Shown: positions 12,163 through 25,591, numbered from the stretch's first letter. The stretch: 64,000 nucleotides of DNA from Octopus vulgaris (GCA_951406725.2 OX597820.1:124806001-124870000); one strand, 5' to 3'. Notes: generated by a model not told the origin, from the letters alone. Program-made: numbers and translations.

Positions 12163-12540
12163 TACATTATTTACATTATTTACATTTGACGGATTCTTGT
12201 CCTCATCTTGTTTGTTTTTAACACAACGTTTCGGCTTATATACGCTCCAGCCTTCATCAGGTGTCTTGAGGAATTTCAAACCTGGATTCTCATTCCTAAG
12301 ATATTTTTAGATGATATAATAATAATAATAAAAATAATAATAATAATGATAATAATAATAATAATATCGAAACATACCTTAGGAATGAGAACCAAGGTTC
12401 GAAATCTCCCCACCTGATGAAGGCTGGAGGGTACATTAGCAGAAACGATGTGTTAAAAACAAACAAGATGAGGAAAATATCCGTCAAATGTAAATAATGT
12501 AAATAATGTACATAATTCCTCATCTCTTAAATATAGAACT
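12163..12540. mobile_element. Inverted pair of HHR-bearing pseudo-LTR-like units separated by (TAA)n
   Basis: ~12163-12313 is the approximate reverse complement of ~12366-12510; each arm carries CTGATGA...GAAA. Confidence 0.75.
12220..12265 (-). ncRNA. Minimal type I hammerhead ribozyme (loopless palindromic stem III)
   Basis: Minus strand GACAC-CUGAUGA-A-GGCU-(ggagcguauaua)-AGCC-GAAA-CG-UU-GUGUU; stems I and II pair; AACGUU palindrome. Confidence 0.75.
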
Positions 12541-12809
12541 CTAATATATATTCGTATATATACGTATGCATATATACATGTATATATACATGTTAATAAA
12601 AAATTCCCTTTCTCCCTCTCTCTGTCTCTTACTCTCTTTCTCTCTCTCTCTCTGTATGTGTTTGTATTGGTTTCTTTGTGTGTGTATGTGTTTGTCTGTG
12701 TGTGTGTGTGTATGTGTATGCTTCTTCGTTATAATTCATATCTCAATCGCATGCATGAGCAGAGGTAGAACGTTGATATTTAAGAGTTTGTGATGCAAAT
12801 GCATTTTCA

Positions 12810-13250
12810 GCTGTACTTTGATAACATTTTGTTTTCGAATGAAACATGTGCTAGTATACAGAAAGAAGTACAGTGGATGGCTTGCACACAGAGGGCAACG
12901 AACAGACCAATCTTTGCTAATTCACCGCCCGAGCACATCAGAAACGATGTAATTCAGGAAAAGATTGGAGTAAACCTTCTGATCCCAAAATACCGGTAGC
13001 AAATGTTTAAGTAACCCAGGCAAAAGACAACACCTAGAGACAAAAGATTAACCCTTCTGCTGTCGAGCGATATCGATGAAATCGAAAGATATAAACGCGA
13101 AAGAACTCCATTGGGATGGGAAGAAGATATAGCATAATAACCTGGACCAAATATGAAAGAAACCCCAGAATCAAGAGAATAAGGGCAGCATTTAATGTCC
13201 AGTGGTGTAAAAGTAACAGATACGCTGGGGTGGATAGAGTGAAAAGGCCG
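12810..13250 (+). mobile_element. RTE-clade LINE 3' fragment, decayed
   Basis: ORF 12790..12999 contains FSNETCASIQKEVQWMACTQRATNRPIF...EHIRNDVIQEKIGV, resembling the RTE post-RT region (YG.ETW...QRAMER...HIRN..IR). Confidence 0.55.
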
Positions 13251-13647
13251 TAGACCGATAGTGCGATTCTCAGATGCACAACTGTGAGTAAAATGGAGCT
13301 TCTGAAAGCAAATAGTATGTGAAATATAAAATATGTTATCGGCTAATCCTGCAGAGTTGTGAATACAGAGAAGCCAAATGCAACAGATCCAAACACGAAA
13401 TCATGGTGTTTCCTTTCTAACGCTTCCGTGTGTCTAGGTGTTTGCAATACCTAATTATTATAGAGCTACACGAGATGTAGTGTTTTCTATGGAAATGACT
13501 TATACAGTACGACTACGCTGTGTAATGCATACGCGTGTCTATGCACAAGGATATACTTAAAATTCACAATCAAACGTGTATGTATGTATGTATGTATGTA
13601 TGTATGTATGTATGCATGTGGGCATGTGTCTTTTTCTTTTCCCCGTC

Positions 13648-13692
<45 letters not shown>

Positions 13693-13757
13693 ATACCGGA
13701 ATAAACACATAAATGTGAAACAAGGTGGAAAAAAGAGTACTCAAATACCAGTGGTAG

Positions 13758-13829
<72 letters not shown>

Positions 13830-14516
13830 TACCTGTGCACGCTCATTATAATCATATAAAATCTATTATAAGATATTTTTATTATTATAAATGTATATGA
13901 TTGTTGCCTTCCTGTAGGAAACAACGTTATATTGCATGATATGTTGTTTGGTTTATTTCCTAGATTTGGACTTTTGATTTCATTACATTCACAGATGAAC
14001 AAGTTTGATATAACCTGTTAACATTTCGATAATAGTTAACCTGAAAGGCATGCCCTGTCATGATTCTCGTCACGAGAAAATATACCTGAATGTATTTCAT
14101 ATAAGAAAATGGAATATTATTTCGCGTGACTTTCTCCGGTGATACATTTTGATTACTTAGTACACCTACAGAGAAATAATTTCTCAATTTTTTTGCCCTC
14201 ACTCGATTCAACTACTCACTAACCTCGTCAGCTTCGGTTGGATGTCACCTGGACTGACATTAGCATACACACGCAGGTATCTCCCCACGCACATATGATC
14301 AACACGTTAAGAGACACTATAGTCTTAGAGTAAAGGATACATTTATGTTGTCCATCGGAGGATAACAAAAGGGGGCACGCACGTGAAATCAATGACTGAT
14401 TGAATGACACCAGTATTTTATACAAATTGAAGTTGTATTGTAAAAGCAATCATAGACTCACCTTGGAATGTAAACATTTAGTTATCTTTAACAACGTCAA
14501 TATATCTATATCTCTA

Positions 14517-14933
14517 CGGCGGCGAGCTGGCAGAATCGTTAGCACGCCGGGCGAAATGCGAAGCCGAATTTCGTCTGCCGTTACGTTCTCAGTTCAAATT
14601 CCGCCGTGGTCGAGTTTGCCTTTCATGCTTTCGGGGTCAATAAATTAAGTACCTGTTACGTACTGGGGTCGATGTAATCGACTTAATCCGTTTGTCTGTC
14701 CTGTTTATCCCCTCTGTGTTTAGCCCCTTGTGGGTAGTAAAGAAATAGGAATTTCGTCTGTCGCAACGTTCTCAGTTCAAATTCTGCCGAAGTCGACTTT
14801 GCCTTTCATCCTTTCGGGGTCGATAAATTAAGTACCAGTTACGCACTGGGGTCGATATAATCGACTTAGTCCGTTTGTCTGTCCTTGTTTGTCCTCTCTG
14901 TGTTTAGACTCTTTTGGGTAGTAAAGAAATAGG
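14517..14933 (+). mobile_element. tRNA-derived SINE with tandem duplication of its 3' ~183 bp
   Basis: Head ggcggcgagctggcagaatcgttagc, B-box-like agttcaaattcc, central gcctttcatcctttcggggtcgataaattaagtaccag; units 14567-14749 and 14750-14933. Confidence 0.85.
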
Positions 14934-15962
14934 TATATCAAAAAATGTTTCTTTTGGTAATCAGCATTCTTCCGGATTTTCCTTTGACGTTATTGCAGTT
15001 TCCATACACATATTGGCAAGCATTCCCCACAGTTACATATACGTTTCTCCTTATCATTCTTGTTAAAATTGTTATTTTGTTTTTACTATCACTGTCTTAG
15101 TAAGAGCATTTCATCAGATTAACAATCATATCATATAGACTTCTATATTTTATTTTAGAGCAACAAATAATCTTTAATTCTGTTTCTTCCACGTTAACGT
15201 ATAAGATATTTCCTCGGTACATCAGGATTATTGCCTTACTATAAATACAAGATTATCTAAATTTTCATATGGAATTACTTAGGTAATGTACCACAAATGA
15301 GCGTATTGAAGAATGGCTATTAAGCAAAAATAATTTTTATGGGACTTAATTTAGTGACGCAAAAGAGGAAAATAGTTTTTTTATAAAGATGAAGGCTGAT
15401 GCATTAGATGTAGAGGAAATATGTACAAGTATGCATAGCTTTGTATGGGAATTCCAGAGAGAATTCTGTACAAATGTGATTAAGAAGTAGAATATAGCCT
15501 TAAAATCTTATTTGGTAATATATTTTTCAACTGGTTTGTAAGGAATCGTAGTTATTAAGAGTTTTACGATTCAATATGAAAACCCACACCAGTATGTTTA
15601 CAAAGCAATACTCCTGAAGTTGAGGGGCAAACGTCTTCTTCGATTTATACTGATGCAGTTGCAAAAGGAACTGATTATGTGTAAGAACTGCTGCAAAGAA
15701 ATAGAAGTAAAGCTTCAGGAAGGGAGATATGACATTTCTTGAACTGCTCTGGTCACAGATGTAGGTGATGCTGCTGAATCTGCAATGTAGTGAGTATTTT
15801 AAGGGAGTGGGGAATATACTTTCAATAATATCTCTCTCATTCAAAATGCAATCATCAAATTTGTTGACAGTGTGTGCAGTCAGTGTATACTCAGAATGAC
15901 ACAGAGACACACAGACGCACAAGTTCACTCTCTCTATATATAATGTTTATATATGTTTTATA

Positions 15963-16362
15963 TACTCTTTTTACTCTTTTACTCTTTGGCTGTGGCCATG
16001 ATGGAGCAACGCCTTTAGTCGAAGAAATCGACCCCAGGATTTATTCTTTGTAAGCCTAGTACTTATTCTATCGGTCTCTTTGGCAGAACCGCTAAGTTAC
16101 GGGGACATAAACACATCAGCATCAGTTGTCAAACGATGTTGGGGGGACAAACACACACACAAACATACACACGCACACACAAACACATATACATATATAC
16201 AACGGGATTCTTTCAGTTTCCCTCTATCAAATCCACTCACAAGACTTTGGTCGGCCCAAGGTCATAGTAGAAGACACTTGCCCAAGGTGTCACGCAGTGG
16301 GACTGAACCCATAACCATGTGGTTGGTAAGCAAGCTACTTATCACACAGCTACTCCTATGCA
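15963..16362 (-). mobile_element. tRNA-derived CORE-like SINE, near full length
   Basis: Reverse complement of the 46835-47252 family (ggttcagtcccactgcgtg, ccttgggcaagtgtcttctactat, aagagtaa tail). Confidence 0.9.
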
Positions 16363-16833
16363 TATATAGAGAGAATATATAAAACATATTCGTTTCTAGA
16401 TTCACAGGTTTCAAGCAATAGACTAGTCTTCAGGGCGAAGACTTTCAGAGCATCTAATTACTTGTGAAGAAGTCGGGATCACATATGTTATCGACCTTTG
16501 CTTATAGCGTTACAGCGTTATACAGTTCACTGCAGATACTTATGATATCTTTACATTATCTTAGCTTATTACAGACGCAATAAGCTATTACCTAAATATG
16601 CATGTATAATTGCGCATATGTGTGTTTGTGTGAATGTATGTATATTTATGCGTATGAATATTTACGTATATGAATATGACATTCAACTGAATTTTTCCGT
16701 CCCAACCTACTGAATTATAGAGTACACTTGATTGGATCGCTGCACAGTAAGATCAAACACAGTCCAGAATGTTTTACAAATCAATTTTTTAAATATGTAG
16801 CAATATTTTTATACATACATATAGATAAATTAC

Positions 16834-16906
<73 letters not shown>

Positions 16907-17088
16907 AACATATGCACACACACACAAATTCAATCGTCACTTAGTGTGACTAAAAGTAGCAAGAGATCTACTTTGCTAGAAATAAGAGATAACATATTCT
17001 TAATGCTGTAGGAACGGCGCAAATGTGTAAACACTTTACTTTCGGGACGATTTAATTTCTCTTTTATGGTATCGCAGCACGCGTAGAT

Positions 17089-17146
<58 letters not shown>

Positions 17147-17644
17147 GCGTGTGTGTGTGTGTATGTGTGTGTGTATTTTTCGATAGCTTTAAATTCCTCA
17201 AAGTTTCACTTACTAAGATATATAGACAATATTACAATGGCTGAAAGCAAAAAAAATATTTTGCCAAAAAAATATTACTTTTCCCAAGATATCAACATGG
17301 TGTTTCTGCTCGATACTAATGGTAGGCTTTCGACTATTTTCAATTAATGGAAAAATTTATAATCTACTTGATGCAACTACCAATGAAATGGATTTGCGGA
17401 AATAATGTCCAAACCTGTCTTGCTTGGAACTAAGACATCACTGATGTGCAATATGTTATGAGCTAACTTGCCAAACCATATATTTATATATGTTCAAACA
17501 TGTATGCTAATGTCTTTCATATAATACGGAACAGAATTTACGATGATTAAATCAACAGTAACAGCAACAACACGACGACAATAATAAAATAATAGTAGTA
17601 GTAGTAGTAGTTATAATAATAATGATAATAATAATAACGATAAT

Positions 17645-17983
17645 ATGGAGCATCATAGCCATGTGTTTAGAGGGATTCTTTGGGGTTTGGATAATTCACC
17701 TCTGGAAACATGGGTGGTTCTTTCAACATCCTTAAACAACCCTTATTCAGGGACATTTTGAGCGGGATGGCTACTCAACCTGAAGAAAATTCAAACTGGG
17801 CCCCACTTGCAAGGTCATGTGCTGTTTATCTTGATATGAGATCACCATGTCGTGCACATATGTTTGTGATGCATGTGCCTGGTGTACCCTTATCAGATGG
17901 GTAGTCATGATGGGTGTATTGGGCTTCGTATATTCTACCTAATGTCACTTTGATGGCATGAACCATTCTCTCACTCAATAATG

Positions 17984-18020
<37 letters not shown>
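17645..18020 (+). mobile_element. Dispersed ~330-bp repeat ending in (TAA)n (SINE-like or R4/Dong-associated)
   Basis: Second diverged copy in opposite orientation at ~21165-21540 (shared gtacccttatcagac/tg.gtagtca, gtcactttgatggcatga). Confidence 0.65.
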
Positions 18021-18021
<1 letters not shown>

Positions 18022-18345
18022 TGACTACACGAGGTCCTTGAGATATACAAAATCTCTCCCTTAGCCTCCAAATACAAGTTAGCATGACCAAGTGGAATAC
18101 ACGTCTCCTGAACCATGGTAAGGGAATGAGCCAATCAAACAACATCAACATCAAACGAAGCATCTATCAGGGTGACTCCCACTCTCCATTACGCTTTTGC
18201 ATGGCACCGATCCCACTCTGAAACAAGCTGAGTATCACAGGGATTGGGTTCAAAATGTATAATATGGTAAATCATCTGTTTTATCTCGACGATCTGAACC
18301 AGTTTGCTATAAATGACTAAGAGCTAGTAGGGCTCTTGATAGATA
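18021..18345 (+). mobile_element. R4/Dong-clade LINE reverse transcriptase fragment
   Basis: Reads NINIKRSIYQGDSHSPLRFCMAPIPL*...VNHLFYLDDLNQFA: QGD.LSP and Y.DD RT motifs with in-frame stops; flanked by (TAA)n and (TTC)n. Confidence 0.85.
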
Positions 18346-18361
18346 TTTGTCGATCTTCATG

Positions 18362-18399
18362 TTCTTCTTCTTCTTCTTCTTCTTCTTCTTCTTCTTCTT

Positions 18400-18473
<74 letters not shown>

Positions 18474-18511
18474 CATTATTATTATTATTATCATTATTAT
18501 TATTATTTTCA

Positions 18512-18543
<32 letters not shown>

Positions 18544-18600
18544 TTATTATCATTATTATTATCATTATCATTATTATTATTATCATTATTATTATTATTA

Positions 18601-18692
<92 letters not shown>

Positions 18693-18836
18693 TTCATTTT
18701 TATTATTATTATTATTATTATTATTTTATTATCATTATTATTATCATTATCATTATTATTATTATCATTATTATTATTATTATCATTATTATTAATATCA
18801 TTAATATCATTATTATTACTATCATTATCATTATTA

Positions 18837-18879
<43 letters not shown>

Positions 18880-18935
18880 TATTATCATTATTATTATTAT
18901 CATTATTATTATCATTATTATTATCATTATTATTA

Positions 18936-18981
<46 letters not shown>

Positions 18982-19112
18982 CATTATTATTATCATTAAT
19001 ATTATCATTATTATTATTATCATTATCATCATTATTATTGTTATTATTATCATTATTATTATTATCATTATTATCATTCTTCTTCTTCTTCTTCTTATTA
19101 TTATTATTATTA
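18362..19112. repeat. Compound trinucleotide microsatellite (TTC)n-(TTA/TCA)n-(TTC)n-(TTA)n, ~750 bp
   Basis: Directly visible; explains ORFs 18336..19139, 18347..19126, 18539..19165, 18721..19191. Confidence 0.98.
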
Positions 19113-19721
19113 AGAAAAATAAATAGAAGGGTGCCATAGTTAACATGTGAAATTGGTTGAACCATATTTCGGCATCTAGCGTGCCTTCCACATGTATAAA
19201 AATTACATGTCAGTCTACTTCATTTTTGTTTTAAATTATATAGAACTGAACTCCTCATGAAATATTAATGCATTTGCAAATATGTTGAATAAAATAAATA
19301 CGGGTGAATCTCAGATATTTGTTCCACGTGAATATATCCAAAGGATTTAATAGAATGATAAAGTGACCATTCTAAATACCAGGGTAACTAGAAGATTATA
19401 AAATATAGTAAAGATTGTAAACGAGAGCACGGAATTTTTCCTCTCGTTCGTTATGGAATTGACGAACTTGACTTACATATGGGAAAGCGGGTTGAGAAAG
19501 ATTCACAACGGATTTATTTATAAGACCAGCTGATGATAAACAAATTAATATTTGATTACTTTTGTTGGAGGAATTTGAAAGTGTGGTATTAGTTGAGGAT
19601 TGTTGTGGACACAGATTGATAACAGTTATTATTGTCAAAGTTTATTTACACTATAATAGAGGGTTAAGGATTCTTGGGAAAGCTTCGGTTTTGCAGAGAC
19701 CAGGCATAGTGGCAACATGTT

Positions 19722-20011
19722 TGTTGTTTGTTTGTTCCTTCCCGAGCCACGCATGGCTTACAAGGGCCGATTTCCCGGTTTCCTTGGCGTAAAGGCTCCC
19801 CGCCTGGACGGGACGCTGCAAGATGCAGGAGGAAAGAGTGAGAGAAAGTTTTGGCTAAAAAGTCAGCAGAATTTTGCCATTACCTTCTACCGGGGTCACG
19901 TGTAGCTTAAGTGTTTCGCTTATAAACACACACATCGCCCGGTCTGAGATTCGAACCCGTGATCCCTCAACCGCGAGTCCGCTGCTCTAACCACTAGGCC
20001 ATGTACCTCCA
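19722..20011 (-). mobile_element. tRNA-derived SINE (third family)
   Basis: Minus-strand head GGAGGTACATGGCCTAGTGGTTAGAGCAGCGGACTCGCGGTTGAGGGATCACGGGTTCGAATCTCAG with A box (TGGCCTAGTGG) and B box (GGTTCGAATCT); (AAAC)n tail. Confidence 0.85.
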
Positions 20012-20462
20012 CATAGTTGTAACATAGTGGTGAGGAAATCCAGATTATTGAACTTATCCTGGTAAAATGTTCAGGCACATTTACGTCAGCTGGGGACATT
20101 GAAGTATTCAAATCTATCGTTACTTCGATAGAAAAATCTTTTCCTTAAAGAATAAACTTAGTCTCATATGGTGTTCATCTAGATATAAGAGGCAATATTA
20201 GACACATGTGTGTAAAAACACTAGCTGGTTTATTCTGCATGAAGTGATTATAAGTAGAAAACGTAAGTGCGCTGAATTTCTGAATTTTGATTATATAGGA
20301 ATACATAAATTATCAATATAGAAATCTCGGATGGAAAATCTTTAGGAAACTGTTAGTCTTGTTATCAAGAATTTGTCTTTGTCTTTCCTGGATTACATGC
20401 ACACATTGTTTCTTTCTCTTCTATTTGGCCTAATGGGAGACGCATAACGAAAATATTTTAAC

Positions 20463-20515
<53 letters not shown>

Positions 20516-21163
20516 CAGGAGTTTGAATGCTGGCATAAAATTATGTCGCAGGCAGGCAGGCAGTGATATTTCAGAAAGAAGGGGAAAATAAAAGTATCAC
20601 CTGGAAGTTCTGAGTTTTATAACACGTCTTACGTTTTGAGTTTTTTAACACGTCTCTTGTATTTATATTTTGTGTTGAGATTGTCTAATTCTGTTTTCAA
20701 GTTGCTTATCTAACCTCGAGCAATATACAGTTCAGAAATATGTCTCTACCAATAGCAATATGCAAGAAAAGAGTTGCTCACGTTAGTAAATCTAACAATA
20801 ACAACTTATGTATTTGATAGAATTTCACAGACATCATGCTAAATTTGAATCATCTGATGAACAAATATTTAGTAAATCACAAGGCGGTGAAAATTTGAAA
20901 TTGCTCTACTTTAAAAAATATAATATACTGAAAAGTAATAGTTAAACTAGGGGGGCACGGGTAAACAATAAGTAGAATAACAATAGGTTTCTCTAGATTT
21001 GCAGGAAACCTAGATAATTAATTCTGATAAAACATATATGAAAACTACAGTAAAAAGTGTAGAAGGAATTATTACAGTGACAAAAAGTATTTAGAGAATA
21101 TGACATATACCCACATATATATTATATATTGTAAAATAAAATAACGCGAAAATGCTTGACGTA

Positions 21164-21164
<1 letters not shown>

Positions 21165-21194
<30 letters not shown>

Positions 21195-21540
21195 GAGAGA
21201 GAGCAGCTCATGCCATCAAAGTGACACTGGGGTACTAATGCACGTAGACCAATATACTCATCGTGACTACTCGTCTGATAAGGGTACACTAGGCACATGC
21301 ATTTCAAGTATGTGTACACAACATTATGGCTTCATAGCAAGATACTCATATGAAGAAACACAATGCAAAACTTTGCAGGTGGGCCCAGTTAGACTTTTCC
21401 TCTGGTGGAGTAACTCATCCCGCTCAAAAGGGCCTTGAATGAAGGTTGTTTCAGAAACTGGTTGCTTCCAGTGGTGAATTACTCAACCCCACCAAAATTC
21501 CTCTCATCACATAGCTATGATGCACCTCTACTACTTCCGA
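21165..21540 (-). mobile_element. Second copy of the 17645-18020 repeat
   Basis: Reverse-complement similarity, with (TTA)n tail at 21165-21192. Confidence 0.65.
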
Positions 21541-21917
21541 TCGTGGTCAGAGTTTCACATATTGTCATCCACCCAAGGACATGTTCAACTAGTAATGGTC
21601 AAACAACTGTCACGCAAACCTTTGGCATTGGGAGGAATATTTGCTGGAAGGAGTATGTACATGATAACACTTCCAATCAGTTAAGATTAGAAGCAATGGG
21701 GGCCAATATTGCATCAAGTCATTTATTACTATTCTTATTCTAATATTCGTATTCTAATTTTTCTGCTAATTATCATTATTATTTTAAAATGCCACCGACA
21801 TCGACTATGCATTTCATTATTCCGGAGTCGATAAGTTAAGTACTAGTTGAGCACTGGGGTCGATTTGGTTGATTAAACTCCTTTCCCAAAACTTCTAGCT
21901 TTCTGCCTATAGTAAAA

Positions 21918-22154
21918 ATCATCATCATCATCATCATCGTCGTCGTCGTTATCATCATCGTCGTCTTTGTCATCATTGTCGTCGTCGTTGTCATCATCGT
22001 CGTCGTCGTTGTCATCATCAACGTCGTCGTCGTCATCATCCTCATCATCATCGTGATCGTGATCCGCCTCCTCCTCATCATCATCATCACCATCATCATA
22101 ACCTTCTTTTTCTTATTCTTCTTCTTCTTCTTCTTCTTCTTCTTCTCATTATTA

Positions 22155-22210
<56 letters not shown>
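21918..22210. repeat. Compound (ATC/GTC)n-(TTC)n-(TTA)n microsatellite
   Basis: Directly visible. Confidence 0.95.
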
Positions 22211-22211
<1 letters not shown>

Positions 22212-23425
22212 GTCTTTGTTCTGCTTCTTACGCTGGAAACAGAGTACGGTGCCAGCTGTTCGCTACAAGTTATCTAACATAACATCCTTATTATTCGAGC
22301 ACCATCCGGAGTAGTCGAGTTCTTCCAAGTACTGCTGATTTGTGCAAGTTCTCCACCCTTATTACAGCCCCTATTTGTTCCATGTAGTTCTCAAGATTTT
22401 TACTCAACATTTTATACTCACTGTTCCCAGGGCTCCGACAATTTTTGCTACTACTACCACATATTTTAGTGACCACAACTGCTTATCCTCCCAAGCTAAC
22501 CTGTCATATCTATCGACTTTTCTTTCTTCCTTATAGCATACCTTGTTGTCAGCTGGGCATGCTATATCTATGATCCAGCATCGTTTGCTTTCTTTCTCAA
22601 TTAACACTATGTCTGGTTTCCTATTCTCTATCTTATGATCGCACTGAATCAAAATCTCATAAAATCTTTGCATTGTCATTTCAGATTTTGCCTTCGGGTT
22701 TATGTTCGTATATGTTTTTGTTCTGTCAAGTTCATACTTGTTACAAACTGTCCAGTGGACAATTCATGCTATATTGCCATGACGCGTCTTATATTCTTTC
22801 AGGGCTAGTGGCGTACATTAACTGGTAATGTGCCATACGGTTTCACCATTTTCTATTTGATGCGATTAGTTCTTAGTGCTTGGTCTTGGGCAGTGTCGAT
22901 TAGAACCTCCGTTTCTGGCTTTAAATCAATTTTAGTCATCCATAGCCATCTTTTTCTCTGTCTGTCTTATCTTCAACATCTATAGGAAATTGTCCATGCA
23001 TTCTTTTCTTTATCCACCTATTTTCAGTTTCATTCATACTTCAAATAATAGTGGTCTTGTGGTATTTTTTACATACATGCTATGTTGATTTGTTTTCTGC
23101 TCTAATACTATGCTCTCATCCAATCTGTCCTCTTCCCCCTCTTTCTCTTGGTACATACAGTCTTTCTGTGTTCCGTTTTGGGTAGAGTGTTCCATATCCA
23201 GTCAGCAACTTCCTTGTCTTTCTTTCAAAGCTGTTTAGTTCGTCTACTGTCCATGCGATTACCCCTGTTCCATATCTAAGGAGTGAAATCGCCCAGGTGT
23301 TCATAGCTTCAATCTTATTCCGTCCATTTAATTTCGACTTAAGGATCAGTCTCAGTCTGCGCAGGTACTCCACCTAAAATTTTTCTCTCATTTCTTTCTC
23401 CATCAATTTATCAATTTCCAATGGA
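22211..23425 (-). mobile_element. R4/Dong-clade LINE 3' fragment with restriction-like endonuclease
   Basis: EYLRRLRLILKSKLNGRNKIEAMNTWAISLLRY (post-RT); ETVWHITS*C zinc-finger remnant; IQCDHKIENRKPDIVLIEKESKRCWIIDIACP...K..RY (PD..D..K RLE motif); (TAA)n at both ends. Confidence 0.9.
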
Positions 23426-23434
23426 AAATGATAA

Positions 23435-23467
<33 letters not shown>

Positions 23468-24253
23468 TGCTATCGGACGCTATTCAAAGTCTTGCTTGAG
23501 GATAAAAAGCCGAAAGAATTTAAGAAACAGACGATATTATTTAAAGTTGAGCTATTTATGCGAAACTCAGAACAATCAATAGAATAACTATTGTCAAGTA
23601 CAGGCATAACAGCATAACAAAGGTTAGGAAGAATGCACTATATCAATGATAAATAAGGTCTGCAAATGAGATTCGAGGAAGAAGAAAAGCTAAATAGCAA
23701 AAATACTGACATCAATCAGCGAAATGGTTGACCTTAATATTATCAATAACATCGGTAAGGCTAGTTGAACAGCATCTTCAGTAAATATAAAGCTTTTGAA
23801 AATGTATTCGACAGCGCATTAAGCAAGGGACATCAATCAGTTTGAGAGAGGACCCAATTAACTAGAGGCCTAACATAAATCTAAAGAAGCACGATGAAAA
23901 TGAGAATATATTCTATAAATTAATGCGAGAGCACTATCAAAGCAAACGATTATATATTTTCTTAAGTATAAACTCTGGAAGTAAAGAAGTGAAGAAAAGT
24001 TTTTAGCAGGTAGGCAGGCAAAGGGAATATGATGTTAGGAAAAGGATATTAAGGAAATATAAAGTGACTTGATAATGAAAAATATTGTAGCTGTCCCCTG
24101 CTTCAAAATCAGGCAATTAAATATTGCTAAAATCAAATCATCAAACGAAAGCAGATATACATAATTACAAAGAGCAGATATTTACGAGGAAAAAAATAAG
24201 CATACATATACATACATATATATTCACCCATCCACCACACACACACAAACACA

Positions 24254-24290
<37 letters not shown>

Positions 24291-24559
24291 ATATATATAT
24301 ATATGTATGAAAAAACAATTTGTTTTCAATCTCTGAACGAGAAATAAATAGTTACATTATTACAGAGTAAAGTCCATTTGCCAAAGTAAAGTGCAGTACT
24401 AATACTATTTATTTCCCGCTCAGATATTTAAAACTTATTTCTCGATCAGGGATTTCAATCTAATTGTTTTTCTCCTTACGAGATCAGGTGCTGTGTATCA
24501 CTTTAAAACTATATATCTCGAGCTAGGCCTAATTATGCCACCTCTAGCCAACTGTTGCC

Positions 24560-24603
24560 CTGTGCCGATGAAGGGAAATAATCCAGAAACAATTGGTCCG
24601 CAG
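24560..24603 (+). ncRNA. Type I hammerhead ribozyme variant (U4C core)
   Basis: CUGUG-CCGAUGA-AG-GGA(aauaa)UCC-A-GAAA-C(aauug)G-UC-CGCAG; stem I pairs over 5 bp with one G-U. Confidence 0.5.
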
Positions 24604-24829
24604 ATACAGTTTAAGGTTGAATGCAGACATTAACTCACATGTTCGAGGTATAAGGACGCAGTTGTGAGTCGATACCCAGGATGAAAAGAAGCTTCCCTGA
24701 GTCTAAAAAAGTTTGTAACACTGTTCTAATCAGGAGTGCTACTTAAGCTGTCAAATAGACTTTACTATACATACATATATATACAAACGCGCACACACGC
24801 ATAAACACACACACACACATATATATGTA

Positions 24830-24960
24830 TGGGTGAGTGGTAAGAAACTTGTTTCCAAACCACATGGTTCGGGGTTAACTCCCACTGTGTGGAACATTAG
24901 ATAATTAACTATGCCTTCTACTATAGCCTCGGGCTGACCAAATCTTTCTTAGATTTGGTA
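24830..24960 (+). mobile_element. 5' fragment of CORE-like SINE
   Basis: gtggtaagaaacttgtttccaaaccacatggttc...ttctactatagcctcgggctgacc matches the 46835 family. Confidence 0.75.
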
Positions 24961-25591
24961 TATATATATATATATATATATTGTCGTCAAAAATACAAAA
25001 TAAGAGTAATAACGAGTCCGACAATAGATTAGGAGTTATCCTCTTCCGTTGTTTTGTCCTGTAACTTTCTCTCGTGTGTGTCTCTCCTGTACACACAGTG
25101 TACCTTTTGTTTTATTTATTCATAATCGAACGCCACGCCACCTTAACCACAAAAGTTCTTATATTTATCTATACATGTATGTGTATATATGCGTGCGCGT
25201 ATGAATTTGTGACTGTATTTCTTCCTCCCCGTCACAACCATTTTGACAACCTGGTGTGTATAGGCCCCTGAAAATTAGCGGCTGCTAAGTACATATTTAC
25301 ACGGACATACTGTTCTGATGTCGTACTAAATCCGAAACTCAAGCACTGTTTTTCTTGTGTTCCTTTAAGCGCTAAACTAATAAAATATGTGTTTTTAGAA
25401 ACCGCCTCTCCGATGTCACAACGACTTTCAGTGGCGGTAGTAAAAGGCCAGGTGAGAAGCCAAGCGAAAAATATTCGTTTTGAGAGGTGTAGATTTCATA
25501 TATGATTTAGTCTTCTTCTACAGAGATGCCTCGACAAATATCAGGCTCCCTTATTCACGTGGCATCTTTTCTCTCTACCTCCCTCTCTCCC

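Noticed and set aside
18336-19191. Poly-S/Y/I/L/N ORFs of 156-267 aa
   Set aside because: Translations of a trinucleotide microsatellite in several frames
19940-20011. Possible tRNA gene
   Set aside because: A and B boxes present but no closing acceptor stem; continues into a SINE body and tail
19130-20250. Possible decayed PLE coding remnant interrupted by the 19722 SINE; likewise 4560-5000 (PLE-like) and 48400-49800 (CR1-like)
   Set aside because: Motifs too eroded to support by eye
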